From NCBI GenBank assembly GCA_050248855.1, contig JBFWRP010000016.1:29121-93120 (forward strand): a DNA stretch of 64,000 nt, written 5' to 3'. Of the stretch, positions 23,089-33,500 are shown one piece after another (position 1 is the stretch's first letter; every line of letters begins with the position of its first letter). The notes beneath the pieces were generated by a model, which saw only the letters and a list, made by a program, of their open reading frames with translations, did no database searches and was not told the DNA's origin. The position numbers were made by a program, and so were the translations under genes. Source of the stretch: Planctomycetota bacterium (lineage in GTDB: Bacteria; Planctomycetota; PLA2; JAEUHO01).

Positions 23089-24961
23089 GGAAGTCCGTGA
23101 TCGTGAGCAGGCCCACGAGCTTGCCGTTGCGCACCACGGGGAGTCCCGAGAGTCCGTGCTCCCGCATGAGCGCGATGGCCTCCAGCGTGGGCGTCTCGGG
23201 CGTGATCGTGAGGGGGTCGCGCTGCATGATCTCGCCGACCTTCAGGCCTTGCTCGATCTGACCGTTGCCACGCTTGAGCGCGTCGATCAGGTTGGGGAGC
23301 GAGAGCATGCCGACCAACGCACCGGCTTCGTTCTCGACAGGCACGTGACGAATGCGCTCCCAACGCATCATGGCTTCGGCCAGGGTGACCGTGTCTTCCT
23401 CCTGCACGGTGAAGAGGTCGGTCGTCATCATCTGGCCGACGCGTTGGTAGGCGGCGCGCCGGTTGGTGGGCTCGGGCGCGCTGACCGGCTCCCAGTCGTG
23501 CACCGGGGCGCCCGCGCGCTGGCGGTCCATGTAGGCCCGCGTGAGGGCTTGGAGCGCCTCGTCCTTGGGAACCGCGGCGCGGAGCCGATTGTAGCCTTCG
23601 AGCATCCAGCGCGAACCGGTCTGGCCCTTGGTGACGCGCGAGGCGACGACGTCGAGCAGACGATCCACGTCCCCCTCGTCGACGCCGGAGCTCCGCAAGC
23701 CCTGGGCCGCAAGCGGCAGCGTCAAGAGGACCAGCTCGTCGGCCGTACGGGAGTTGCCGTCGACCCAGTGGAGCGACGCGCGCAGGCCCGTGCTCGCCGC
23801 GTTGTAGAAGTTGGCCTGGCAGTCGTGGAACGGCATGCGCGCCGCCACGTCCCCGTACTCGCGCGCGATGCCCAGCGTCAGGCCGTAGAGGTACGCGGCG
23901 TTGGCGACGCTGTCGACCGCCGTCGGGCCGGCGGGCAACGGTCGGTTCTCGATCCGCAAGTGCGGGACGCCGTCGGCGACGCCGTAGCAGGGACGGTTCC
24001 AGCGGTAGATCGTCCCGTTGTGCAGGGCCCACGCGGAGAGCCGCGGCACGCCGCCCGCGTCCAGGACGTCCCCGGGCAACGGCTCGTCGTCCTCCATGGG
24101 CAAGACCACACGGAACCGCGCGATGTCGTCGCGGACGAGGTCGAGGATGCCGGTCTTGACCCACTCGTCGCCGAAGAACACGCGTGGCCGATGCCCCCGG
24201 CTCAGCTGGTGGTCGGTCCGGGTGTCGATGGACTGGCGGAACAGGGCGATGCGCGTCTCCTCCCAGAGCCGGGCACCCAACAGGAGCGGGCTGTTGCCCG
24301 CTCCGGCCAGCGCCAGGCCGGTCGCCAGCTGCATCGCGTTGTAGAGGGTGGCGAACTCGTCGGGGGCGACCTGCAGGTGCAGCTGGAACGACGTGTTGAA
24401 CGCCTCGAGCAGCACGTTGTCGTGGGTCGCGTGCAGCGAGTCGATGCCGCGGATCGCGATGCGGAACTCACCCCCGCGCATGGCGCGCACGCGACGGTTG
24501 AGCGCGGCGTAGCGCGGCGACGGCGTCATGTTCTCCAGACGCAGGTGGTCCCAGGTGAGGGTGGGCAGGATGCCGATGGCCACCACGTCGACACCGTGGG
24601 GCTGCGCCGCGCGGCGGATGGCCCCCATGTGGCGGCGCAGCTCCTCCTCGAGCTCCTGGAAGCAGCGCCCGGCCAGCGCGCGGGGGGGCACGGCGATCTC
24701 GACGTTGTACAGCGCCAGCTCGTTCTGGTAGGTCGATCCCGCCCCCCCGAGCGCTTGGAGCACCTCCAGGGCGCGTGGCGCCGGGCGCCCGCACTCATCG
24801 ACCAGGAAGAACTCCTGCTCGAGACCGATCCGACGCTCGCCCGTCTCGAAACGGCCCTCGCGGAGCATGCGCTCCAGCGCGTCCGCATCGGCCACGAGAC
24901 GCTCCTCGAAGCGACGCAGGTCCTCGGGGCGTTCCGTGATTTCGACGTCTTGGCGGCCCAT
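23057..24961 (-). CDS. Glutamate--cysteine ligase (GCS2)-family protein fused to a C-terminal CBS pair
   Basis: IGLEQEFFLVD, ELALYNVE, NTSFQLHLQV, YRWNRPCY, HLRIENRPLPAGPT; CBS repeats RHVPV and SGLPVV...LVGLLT. Confidence 0.85.
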   Translation of the reverse strand: MGRQDVEITERPEDLRRFEERLVADADALERMLREGRFETGERRIGLEQEFFLVDECGRPAPRALEVLQALGGAGSTYQNELALYNVEIAVPPRALAGRCFQELEEELRRHMGAIRRAAQPHGVDVVAIGILPTLTWDHLRLENMTPSPRYAALNRRVRAMRGGEFRIAIRGIDSLHATHDNVLLEAFNTSFQLHLQVAPDEFATLYNAMQLATGLALAGAGNSPLLLGARLWEETRIALFRQSIDTRTDHQLSRGHRPRVFFGDEWVKTGILDLVRDDIARFRVVLPMEDDEPLPGDVLDAGGVPRLSAWALHNGTIYRWNRPCYGVADGVPHLRIENRPLPAGPTAVDSVANAAYLYGLTLGIAREYGDVAARMPFHDCQANFYNAASTGLRASLHWVDGNSRTADELVLLTLPLAAQGLRSSGVDEGDVDRLLDVVASRVTKGQTGSRWMLEGYNRLRAAVPKDEALQALTRAYMDRQRAGAPVHDWEPVSAPEPTNRRAAYQRVGQMMTTDLFTVQEEDTVTLAEAMMRWERIRHVPVENEAGALVGMLSLPNLIDALKRGNGQIEQGLKVGEIMQRDPLTITPETPTLEAIALMREHGLSGLPVVRNGKLVGLLTITDFLTVAARLLEG

Positions 24962-25078
24962 CGGGCGGGAGCATAGCCGCCACCGGGTCGACGCGGCACG
25001 GCGCAACGCGATTCGGGGGGCCGGCGGGGGCGACGCCGGAGGTCACGACGGGGGCCACCTGCGGGCTACGATGCGTAC

Positions 25079-25480
25079 GTGAGCACCGCAGGTACCCCCC
25101 CGCTCTTCCTGCGACTGGCCGTCGTCGTCGGGCTGACGACGCTGGCGATCGGGTTGGTCGGGGCCATCGTGATCGTGTTCAAGCGGCCGGTCGCCGTTGC
25201 CGTCGACGCGCCCCCTGCGCCGCTGCCCCCGGCGGTCGCCGAAGGCTGGGAGGCCTCCGAGGAGTGGAGCGTGGTGGCTCGTTGGGAAGGCGACGAGGGG
25301 GTCCAGGAGGTCGAAGGCACCACGGCCGGTGGGTCGAGCGGGTGGGCCTTCCCCGGTGCGCCGGCGGGCGTGCCGCTCTCGATCCTCGTGCGCCGGCGCG
25401 CCCCCGATGGAACGTGGGACGACGTCACGCAGCTGCGCCGCACCCTGCCGACGCCGGACGCCCGCATCCGGCTCGAGTAG
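25079..25480 (+). CDS. Hypothetical membrane-anchored protein
   Basis: N-terminal hydrophobic helix; fills the gap between flanking genes. Confidence 0.55.
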   Translation: MSTAGTPPLFLRLAVVVGLTTLAIGLVGAIVIVFKRPVAVAVDAPPAPLPPAVAEGWEASEEWSVVARWEGDEGVQEVEGTTAGGSSGWAFPGAPAGVPLSILVRRRAPDGTWDDVTQLRRTLPTPDARIRLE

Positions 25481-25482
25481 CC

Positions 25483-25827
25483 CTACGCGCCGGCGGGTCC
25501 GTCCCAGCGCGCGCGGAGCGTGACGAGGCGGTCGCCCAGCTGCTCCCGCCAGCGCGGCGCGCGCGCCTCGACCTTGGCCAGCACGCGCTCGGCGGCGTCG
25601 GAGAGCGTCACGCCGTGGCGGGCGCACACCTCGGCGAGGGCGGCGAGGGTGTCCCCCACCTCGTCGACAAGCGAGTCGCCCGGCGGGCTTCCGTACACCT
25701 CGTGGTCCAGCACGCAACGAGCGACCTCGCCGGCCTCCTCGACCAGGGCCAGCGCCGTAGCGATCCGCGGATGCTCGAGGCCCTGCGTGAGGGCCGCGAA
25801 ACGTGCTTGGAAGTCGGCGATGTCCAT
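25483..25827 (-). CDS. MazG-like nucleotide pyrophosphohydrolase
   Basis: LVEEAGEVA...LVDEVGD acidic motif; 114 aa. Confidence 0.8.
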   Translation of the reverse strand: MDIADFQARFAALTQGLEHPRIATALALVEEAGEVARCVLDHEVYGSPPGDSLVDEVGDTLAALAEVCARHGVTLSDAAERVLAKVEARAPRWREQLGDRLVTLRARWDGPAGA

Positions 25828-25912
25828 GGGCGGCTCCCGGTGGGACGGTTGCCAGGCGGGAGCGGCTCGGGGTCCGCTGCGGCGCCAGGCAGGGGATGCA
25901 GGGTTCGGAGCG

Positions 25913-26602
25913 TCAGGGGCGACGCGGTGCGGTCGAGCTGCGGCGGCGCTCGAACACGCGCAGCGTGCGCTCGCCGTCGCCGGCCTGGGTCGGACCCTCG
26001 ACGAGGCCCACGCCCGCGGCGACGCGCCGGCCCTCCTCGAGCTCGTCGGCTCCCAGGCCCGGTCCCTTCCAGTGGACGAGCCGCCCGCCGGGACCGACGA
26101 AAGGAGCCGCGATGCGCGTCGCGTCGCCGAGCGTGCCGACCGCGCGCACCAGCACGAGGTCGGCCGCGGCCACCAAGCCGTGGGCCTCCGTCAGGAGCTC
26201 CCGGGCATCGGCCGCGTGGACGGTCACGCGGTCCGCGTAGCCCGCCGCCGCGACGTGCTCGGCGAGCGCGGCCGCCTTGCGCTGGCGGCGTTCGACGAGA
26301 TGGACGCGCGCTTCGGGCCACAGGGCCGCAGCCGCGAGGCCCGGAAACCCGTTCCCGCTGCCGATGTCCACGACGAGCCGCGGCGGCGGCCGGACGGAGG
26401 GCCAAGCCTCGGCCACGGCGAGGCTCGGCAGCACGAGGACACGGAGCGCGTCCAGGACACTGCGGGCCCCCGTGAGGTTGGGACGCGGATGATCGACGAG
26501 GCGCTGCACGTACACGAGAAGACGCGCCGCCTCGTCCGGAGCAGGACGACGCGGCGCGTCGAGCGAGAGAAGCAGATCCAGGGGCGACGGGGCGTCGGTC
26601 AC
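25913..26602 (-). CDS. rsmG: 16S rRNA m7G527 methyltransferase (GidB family)
   Basis: NLTG, VVDIGSGNGFPGL, LVERRQRK, RAV, WKG. Confidence 0.85.
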   Translation of the reverse strand: MTDAPSPLDLLLSLDAPRRPAPDEAARLLVYVQRLVDHPRPNLTGARSVLDALRVLVLPSLAVAEAWPSVRPPPRLVVDIGSGNGFPGLAAAALWPEARVHLVERRQRKAAALAEHVAAAGYADRVTVHAADARELLTEAHGLVAAADLVLVRAVGTLGDATRIAAPFVGPGGRLVHWKGPGLGADELEEGRRVAAGVGLVEGPTQAGDGERTLRVFERRRSSTAPRRP

Positions 26603-26681
26603 GGGACCAGCGTACGCCCCGCCGCATCGAGGGGGCACACCCCGCCCGCCCGCAGGCGCGCGAGATGCGCGAGCACGGGCC

Positions 26682-27488
26682 TCAGGCCGAGCGGGCCTGG
26701 GCTTCGCGCTCGCGGCGCAGCTGGACGCCGCGCAGCGCAGCCTGACGGGCGATCTCGCGCAGCTCGGCCTCGCGCACGGAGCGGTAGGCGCGAAGCTCGG
26801 CGGCCTGACGCCACACATCGTGCTCCGACTCGATGCCGTCAAGCGCCGGGACCGGAGGCGAGGCGGCAGGGATCAGCAGCCCTGCGGCCTGGACGGCCTC
26901 ACCGAGCACCGCGCGCAGCTCGTCCACGAGCGCATCGTTGCCGCTCCAGAGTCCGATCCAGCCGCCGCCGGGAAGCTCGCGCGTGACGAGCGCCACGCGG
27001 TAGCCCGGCGTGTCCGCCACCAGGAAGCGGTAGCCCCTCAGGTGCAGCGGAAGCGGAACCTGGCGCACACGACCGAGGCGCTGCGTGGGCAGCGGACGAA
27101 GGCTCGGATTGAGGCCGAACGTCGCGGCGGATCCGGCCAGCTCGCGCAGCGCGCGGGCCCGCTCACCGAGGTCCTCGGGCGTAGGCAGCGTCACGAACAC
27201 GCAGCCGCCGGCGCGCTCGTCGCGCACGGTTTCCTCGATGTCGGCCTCGGTCGCGGCGCGCTCCCGCTCGGAGAGCACCAGCAAGGTGCCTTCGGGCACG
27301 AGCCGCGGATCGAGCGCGTCTTCGACGGGGCGCGGCGAGCGAAGCGACTGGGGATCGTGCAGCCCCTGCTCCAACAGGACGCGCTCGACGGCGTCGAAGA
27401 CGCGGTCCCATTGAGGCAGGTGCCGGGGCCCATACGGCACGGGATCGGGCCCCGCGTTGACGGGGTACTTGGGGAGGGGGGAGATCAT
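26682..27488 (-). CDS. Hypothetical protein with a DICT-like sensory domain
   Basis: FLVADTPGYRVALVTRE...WIGLWSGNDALV resembles the DICT C-terminal pattern; GAGGAG RBS upstream. Confidence 0.5.
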   Translation of the reverse strand: MISPLPKYPVNAGPDPVPYGPRHLPQWDRVFDAVERVLLEQGLHDPQSLRSPRPVEDALDPRLVPEGTLLVLSERERAATEADIEETVRDERAGGCVFVTLPTPEDLGERARALRELAGSAATFGLNPSLRPLPTQRLGRVRQVPLPLHLRGYRFLVADTPGYRVALVTRELPGGGWIGLWSGNDALVDELRAVLGEAVQAAGLLIPAASPPVPALDGIESEHDVWRQAAELRAYRSVREAELREIARQAALRGVQLRREREAQARSA

Positions 27489-27672
27489 GGGGAGGGGGTC
27501 TCCTCGGGGCTGCTGCCCCGGGGCACTGCGGTCCGTGGGGAAATCGGCGAGGGCGATGACCCACCACGCGGCAGGCCGTTCTTGGTACGTCGTTGGACGC
27601 ACGCCGGTTGGGGTGGTTTCGCCGGGCCTTCGGACCGACCTGCCAAAGTGGCAGGATCTGAGGTGCAGTTCC

Positions 27673-27705
27673 GACCTAAGTCGTTTGTTTCCAGCGACTA
27701 AGGTC
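27673..27705. promoter_or_regulatory. Imperfect palindrome, possible regulator binding site
   Basis: GACCTAAGTCGTT-TGTTTCC-AGCGACTAAGGTC in an AT-richer region upstream of 27488. Confidence 0.35.
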
Positions 27706-27794
27706 CGTGCAAAGGTTCGGCAACATCACACTGACGTAACGAGGAATCCGAATCACCGAAGCGCTCGAGCGGGCGGCCGCTCCAAGGACCCGGG

Positions 27795-28955
27795 TCAGCG
27801 CGCCGCGGCGGCGAAGAGCGGGCTCTCGGGGAAGTGCTTCGCGGGCAGGGGCGAGGCGGCAGCGCGCTCTTGGACGGCCTTGACCAGCAGCGGCCACGTG
27901 ACGGTCGCGTCGGCCAGCACCTCGCTGTAGCGGCCACCGTGGCGCGGGTGGACGAACTTGCCCCAGGAGACGCCTTCTTCGTACGTGCAGCCGGAGAGGC
28001 CGCCCCAGTGCACGGGCTCCGGGCAGAGCCGGATGCCGTAGCCGAACTGGCGGAGCGGCAGGTCGGTGCCGAGACGGTGGTTGGTGATCTCGAGATACGG
28101 CGCGACCTGCTGGGCCCAGTTGCGCGGCGCCCCGCCGCCCACCGTGAAGATGCCGACCTTGGGCGCTGCGATCACCTGCGCCGTGTAGGCCTCGAGGTCG
28201 AGGAAGCCGTCGTAGATCGGGTAGGCCCGGCCTTCGGTGCGGCTGCGGCGCTGGAAGAGCGCCACGTCGAGGCCGATCTCGGAGTCGGTGAATGCCGGTA
28301 CGTAGACGGGCACCTTGTGTTCCCAGGCGGCCTTGAGCACGCCGCGGCCCGGGACGTTGTCGACCAGCCACCGCCCGAGGCGCGCGTGCAGGTCGGCGCT
28401 GCCGAACGCGGCGTCCGCCGGCATCTGGGCCAGGACCTGGTCGACGATCAGCTGGATGTCGTCCAGGCTCTGCTCGAGCTCGAGCGTGTCGTAGACGCGG
28501 TCGTAGCCCTTCTCGTAGAGCTCCTGGTCGTCCATGTGCGGATCGTGCTTGAAGTGGTTGCGGCCCGTCGCTTCGACGAAGCCGTGGCACATCAGCGCGC
28601 CCGTCGAGACGATGGCGTGGATCCAGCCCTGCTCGATCATGTCGCAGAGCACGAGGCCCATCTTCGCGATCGTCATGGCGCCCGAAAGGGTGCAGACGAC
28701 CATGCAGTCGGGGTCGCGCAGCATGGCCTCGAGCACATCGGCGGCTTCGCCGAGGGAGCGTCCCGCGAACGCCGTACGGGACATGGCACGCACGAGGTCG
28801 TCAGCCGTGCGGACCTGCGCCAGGTCCAAGGGAACGAGCGGGACGAGGCCATCGCCGACGCCGTCGTGCAGCTCGCGCGTGTCGCCGTCGGATGCCGCGG
28901 GCTTGCCCGGAGGGTGGTGCTTGTCGTGTCCGTGCTTGCCGTGACCGTGGCCCAC
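27795..28955 (-). CDS. Deoxyhypusine synthase-like protein (possible homospermidine synthase)
   Basis: SGAMT, VSTGA, PAFTDSEIG, GGGAPRN, GGLSGCTYEEGVSWGK (active Lys kept), DAT; GGGAGG before the GTG. Confidence 0.9.
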   Translation of the reverse strand: MGHGHGKHGHDKHHPPGKPAASDGDTRELHDGVGDGLVPLVPLDLAQVRTADDLVRAMSRTAFAGRSLGEAADVLEAMLRDPDCMVVCTLSGAMTIAKMGLVLCDMIEQGWIHAIVSTGALMCHGFVEATGRNHFKHDPHMDDQELYEKGYDRVYDTLELEQSLDDIQLIVDQVLAQMPADAAFGSADLHARLGRWLVDNVPGRGVLKAAWEHKVPVYVPAFTDSEIGLDVALFQRRSRTEGRAYPIYDGFLDLEAYTAQVIAAPKVGIFTVGGGAPRNWAQQVAPYLEITNHRLGTDLPLRQFGYGIRLCPEPVHWGGLSGCTYEEGVSWGKFVHPRHGGRYSEVLADATVTWPLLVKAVQERAAASPLPAKHFPESPLFAAAAR

Positions 28956-29366
28956 GTTTGCCTCCCGGCCCGGCGCGCACGCCGAGCCCGCGGAGGATGA
29001 CCGCACCCGCGGCCCCTGTCACGCCCCGACTGTGGCGGCAACCGTACCCAGCCGGGGTGGGAGAGGCGGGATGTGGCTCGAGCTTGCCGTGGTTCGCTAC
29101 TGCTGGCGTTGGATGTCCGCCGCACGCACGAGACCGTACCGAGCCAGGTGAGCGCCCCCCCTCCTCGCTGCCAAGACTCCCGCGGTGTCGCAGCCCAGCG
29201 CGGCGAGGAGTGGTGGCTTCACCCGGCTCGTCCCCCGGGCTGCGAGAGGCGGGATCTGGACCGCGCCGACGGCATCGTCCCCCCCCCAACACGAGTGCAG
29301 GGTGGATCGCGGTCGCTGCCAGCCCCGTCCGCCGACGGGATCAAGCCCCGTGCGCTCGCCATCGGC

Positions 29367-29499
29367 TCGTCAGGGCGAAGGCGCCGCCAAGCGATCCGCG
29401 ACGACTCGTGGTCCGCGTCGGCCTGCCTTGGCAGGCCGCACCAAGGGCAGCGCCTTGAGGAGCGGATCGCGCCGGCGCCGCCGAGCACTCGGCGAGCCG
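29367..29499. repeat. Repeat module interrupted by an 85-bp hairpin insert between 9-bp direct repeats
   Basis: The flanks joined at one GGCGCCGCC equal the reverse complement of 54242-54280. Confidence 0.7.
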
Positions 29500-29527
29500 T
29501 TCGCGCTACGGGACAAGCGTCAGCCGA

Positions 29528-30538
29528 CTACAAATCGTGGGCGGAGGCGATGAGCTGGGAGGCAAAGACCACCGTCTGGGCGCCGACGCTGGGGGCTTCC
29601 ACGGTGAGACGCATCCACACCTTCCGCGAGCCGCTGCCGCCGACGATCTTGACCTCGAAGCCGTGCGGCCACCAGTCGTTGTCGCGGGTCAGCCAGGCCC
29701 GGCGCTCGTACGACTGCCGCGTGATGTCGCTCGGACACAGCTGCAGCGCGGCGTAGACGAGGCTACCCACGTTGCTGACGTTCATGTCCTCGAGGATCGT
29801 GAACGACGCCTCGGGCACGGCCGAGATGGCCCCGAAGGTGTCCATGGCGTAGAAGCTGTCCCCGACATTGCCGCTCGGGTCCCAGGCGTACTGGTAGTGG
29901 AACCGGTTCACCAGCTCCTTCACGGCGTTCTCGCGCTGCGCTGCCGTAGGCAGCCCGATGATCTGCATGTAGTTCGGATACGTCTCGCTGCGCCAGACGA
30001 TCAAGTCCCGGGCGGGCGTGACCGGCTTCTTCTGCGTGACCACGGTCGGGGTGTCCGCGGGGTAGACGTAGATGAAGCGGTACGTATCGATGTAGCGCAC
30101 CGTCCCTGCCACGGGGTCCACGACGACCTCCGCCGGGTCCGACTCACGGACGAAGAAGAGGCTGTTGCCCGTCAGCTTCTGGTCGATCTCGTCGGGCACC
30201 AGATCGCCGAGCGGGTCGATGATCGGCAGCCGTGCGTCCGGGGCGGCGGGGATGCGGCGGATCTCCAGTGCAGCCAGGTAGTCGGCACCGACCGTATCGC
30301 GTCCGAACAGGCGGCGGCTGGCGCTGACGAGCTCGCGCAGCTTGTAGGCCAAGCGCTGGCCCTTGTCCGTCGCCAGCTGCGTGGCCGCGATGTGCTTGTC
30401 GGCCTGCGACGTGGTCGTGAAGGTCCGCTCCACCAAGTAGGCGAGCATCGACGTCATCGTGAGCACCAGCACGATCTCGAGGAAGGTGAAGCCCGCCTCG
30501 GACGCGCGCCGCGGCCGTCGTCCGCTAGCGGTTGACAT
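29528..30538 (-). CDS. Type IV pilin-like protein (PilW/GspJ-like)
   Basis: Class III signal RRASEAG|FTFLEIVLVLTM with E at +5. Confidence 0.8.
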   Translation of the reverse strand: MSTASGRRPRRASEAGFTFLEIVLVLTMTSMLAYLVERTFTTTSQADKHIAATQLATDKGQRLAYKLRELVSASRRLFGRDTVGADYLAALEIRRIPAAPDARLPIIDPLGDLVPDEIDQKLTGNSLFFVRESDPAEVVVDPVAGTVRYIDTYRFIYVYPADTPTVVTQKKPVTPARDLIVWRSETYPNYMQIIGLPTAAQRENAVKELVNRFHYQYAWDPSGNVGDSFYAMDTFGAISAVPEASFTILEDMNVSNVGSLVYAALQLCPSDITRQSYERRAWLTRDNDWWPHGFEVKIVGGSGSRKVWMRLTVEAPSVGAQTVVFASQLIASAHDL

Positions 30539-33500
30539 AGATCTTCTCCATGTGCTGCGAGTAGTGGAGGGGCTCGCTGCGCCGGTAGGCCTCGACACGG
30601 ATCAGGTAGGAGCCCTTGGGCAGCTTGGCCGCCGGCGTGACCCAGATGTAGGTCTCGTCGCCGAGCGGATTGAGGTCCGACAGGGTCTTGGACGCGTCCG
30701 GCGCCCCCGCGGTGTCGTCCCACGGCAGGATGCCCAGCTGCGTCGGCGTGTCGTCGAGCATGTTGATCCACGAGGCGCCGCCGTCGCGGCTGTAGCTGGG
30801 GACGTACACCAGGTCCGACTCGGCCTCGGCGAAGGTATCCGAGTAGCTCTGCGTGTACTTGAGCCCGTCCCAGCGCTTCCATTCCACGGACCAGATGAGG
30901 GGGATGACGGCCGGCAGCTCGAGCTCGGTGAGCAGCGTGGGTGTCCGGATCTGGACGCGCGGCAGCTGCTTGATGCGGTTGGGGGCACTGACACCACCTG
31001 CGAAGTAGCTGTGGATCAGCGACAGCATGCTGTAGCGGGCGATGAACGCCGAGCCGCTCTCCAGGGTGCGGTCGATGCCGTTCACCACGATGTATCCGCC
31101 TCGGGGATTCGTGCCCGGCTCGCGCAAGCGCACGAGAGCACTCCCGATGGTTCCGATCTGGTGATCGTAGAAGCGGCGCACGACCGACGCCGAGAACCGC
31201 GGGTACTCCGTCGTGTAGGAGAACTCCGGACCGGTGCCGCCGCTGTAGTTGATGTTGAGCGCGAACGGACGGCTGATCAGCGCAGTACTCGGCAGGGGGA
31301 AGTTGTAGTTGTCGGCCAGCTGCGGCCCGTCGTCGACCAAGTTGCCGCTCTGACCATCCGCGTACTGGTGGTGGAACGTGGCCGAGGCGCTACCGATGTT
31401 GAAGACCGACGTACAGCCCTCGTCCGCCAGGCGGGCGAACACGTTGGAGAAGCGCGTGCCGAGAGGCAGCTGCGTCGTCGTGACGTCGCCGCGACGCATC
31501 AGGCGGAAGGCGCCCACCGCCGCCGTGGACGAGGCCCTGAGGTTGCCCCACGTCGCCCACTGGGTGGCATACGCGGGGTCGGGGTAGAGCTCGCCGATCC
31601 ACGGCTTGCTCCACCAGTACCCCGCTCCGGCGCGGAAGCTGCTGTCGGCCCCAAGCGTGCTGCGCACGTACTTCAGGCTTCCGCGCAGCGTGGACGTCCC
31701 GTTGTCCGGGATGATCGTGTTCTCGTACACCGTGCCCGTCAGGCCGAAGGGCGTGCCGTCCATCGGGATGCTGTCGCTGAAGCCGTTGGCCGCGTCGTAC
31801 CCGACGTCGCCACCGACGGACAGGTAGTAGTAGGAGAAGCCCGTCAGCGTGGTGTAGATGGCCTCGGTCTTGACGATCGCGTTGCGCAGCCACGACAGGA
31901 GGCGCGGCACGTCCAACGAGCTGCCGCGGTTCCCTTGCCACGCATGGCGCAGGCGGTTGCCATCGAGCCCCGGCCAGTCGCCCCACACGTTGCCGCTGTC
32001 CACCAGGTCATCGAAGTACCAGTTGTAGCCGTTGGGGCTGGTCGCGCCATGGCGGTCGCAGTCGGCGTACGGCATGTGGCGCGGGTCGCCCTGGAACTGG
32101 TACCGCTCGCTGAACGGAATGTCCGCCGCGGAGTCCGTGTACCACGCATAAGTCGCGCTCTTGTTGGCCGGCTGGTGTCGCGTGGGCCACAGGGTTCCCG
32201 TCGTCGCGTCCTGGCCCCAGCGGGTCTCGAGCCGCACCACGCGGTCGATCGCGTCGCCGTCACTGCCGCCGGGCGTGGATGCGAAGCCCGTCCGCAGCGA
32301 GCCGGGCGACATTGCGATGCGCCAACGCGCCGTGTTCTTGGGCACGTAGGCCGTGTCGTACAGGTCGCGCGCGAAGCGATCGCCGCCCGCCGCCGTCGTG
32401 GCCGGCATCGGGCAGGGGATGTAGTCCATTTCGTAGAGGCGGCGGTCTGCGGGAAGGCCGCGGCCCGAGGTGGTGTCGTGGCCCGTCTCGAGCGGCGTGC
32501 CGTAGAGCCAGATCAAGGTCTGCGTACCGTCGTAGCGGATATCGAACCACATCTCGCCACGCCGGTAGCCTCCATCGTGGATGCCGTTGCCGTTGCCATC
32601 GACGAGGGGCTCGGCCGCATCCCAGGTGCTGTCGCCGTCCACGTCAAGGAACGGCTCGCCGTACTGGCTCACGTACGTGTTCACCTGCGAGGCGTCGTTC
32701 GCGTCGTAGGTGACGGGATCCCAAGGCTGCCAGGCCGGCGCAGGGGACACGGTGGGCAGGTCGCGCATGCCGTTGCCGTTGACGTCCCAGTAGGGCTCTT
32801 CGCCGTCCCATCGACCGTTGCCGTTGGCGTCCGTGTAGGTCTCTTCGGGAGCGCTCGTGTCGAACTGGCCGTCGCCGTTGTAGTCCGCGGCGAGCGGCTC
32901 GCTCGCGGCCGTGTAGACGCCGTCGCCGTCGAGATCCGTGAAGGGCTCCGAGGGATCTCGGCTGCCGTTCCCGTCCAGATCGAGGTAGACCTCGGCCACC
33001 TGGCGCCGGAGGTCGGCATTGGTGTCCGTGAAGACGTCCGGGTAGCGCGTGGCGCGCGTCCAGTCCTGGTACGGATCCTGCGCGGCGTCGCCATTCGCAT
33101 CGATCCCGCCGGCCAAGCGCTCGATGACGAGCGAGGGGTTGGTCGCCGCGTTGACGGACTCGTGGAAGCGCCCCCCGGGAATCGAGAGCATGATCGGCAT
33201 GCTCGTGCTCCACAGCGAGTCGTTGTTCCAGTCCTCGAAGGGCTCGCCGGCGTCGTACGCGCCATTGCCGTTCAGGTCGGTGAAGGGCTCCTGCTGCGTC
33301 GTGAGCGTTTCGAGGCCCGACACGCCCTGCCACTGCGTCTTGTAGGCGTAGACACGCCAGGCGATCTCCTGCGAGCTGGCGGGGCTGCCGGCCACGCGTA
33401 CCGAACGGAGGCGCTCGGGGTGCGTCACGGCGCGCCAGCCGGCCTTGACGTCCGGGATCTTGGCGGCGTCGCTGTAGTTGCGCACGGCGGGCATGGGCAG

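Noticed and set aside
27489..27794. c-di-GMP riboswitch or sigma-54 promoter upstream of the DICT-like gene
   Set aside because: No GEMM consensus could be matched, and TGCCGAACCTTTGCA lacks the invariant GG at -24.
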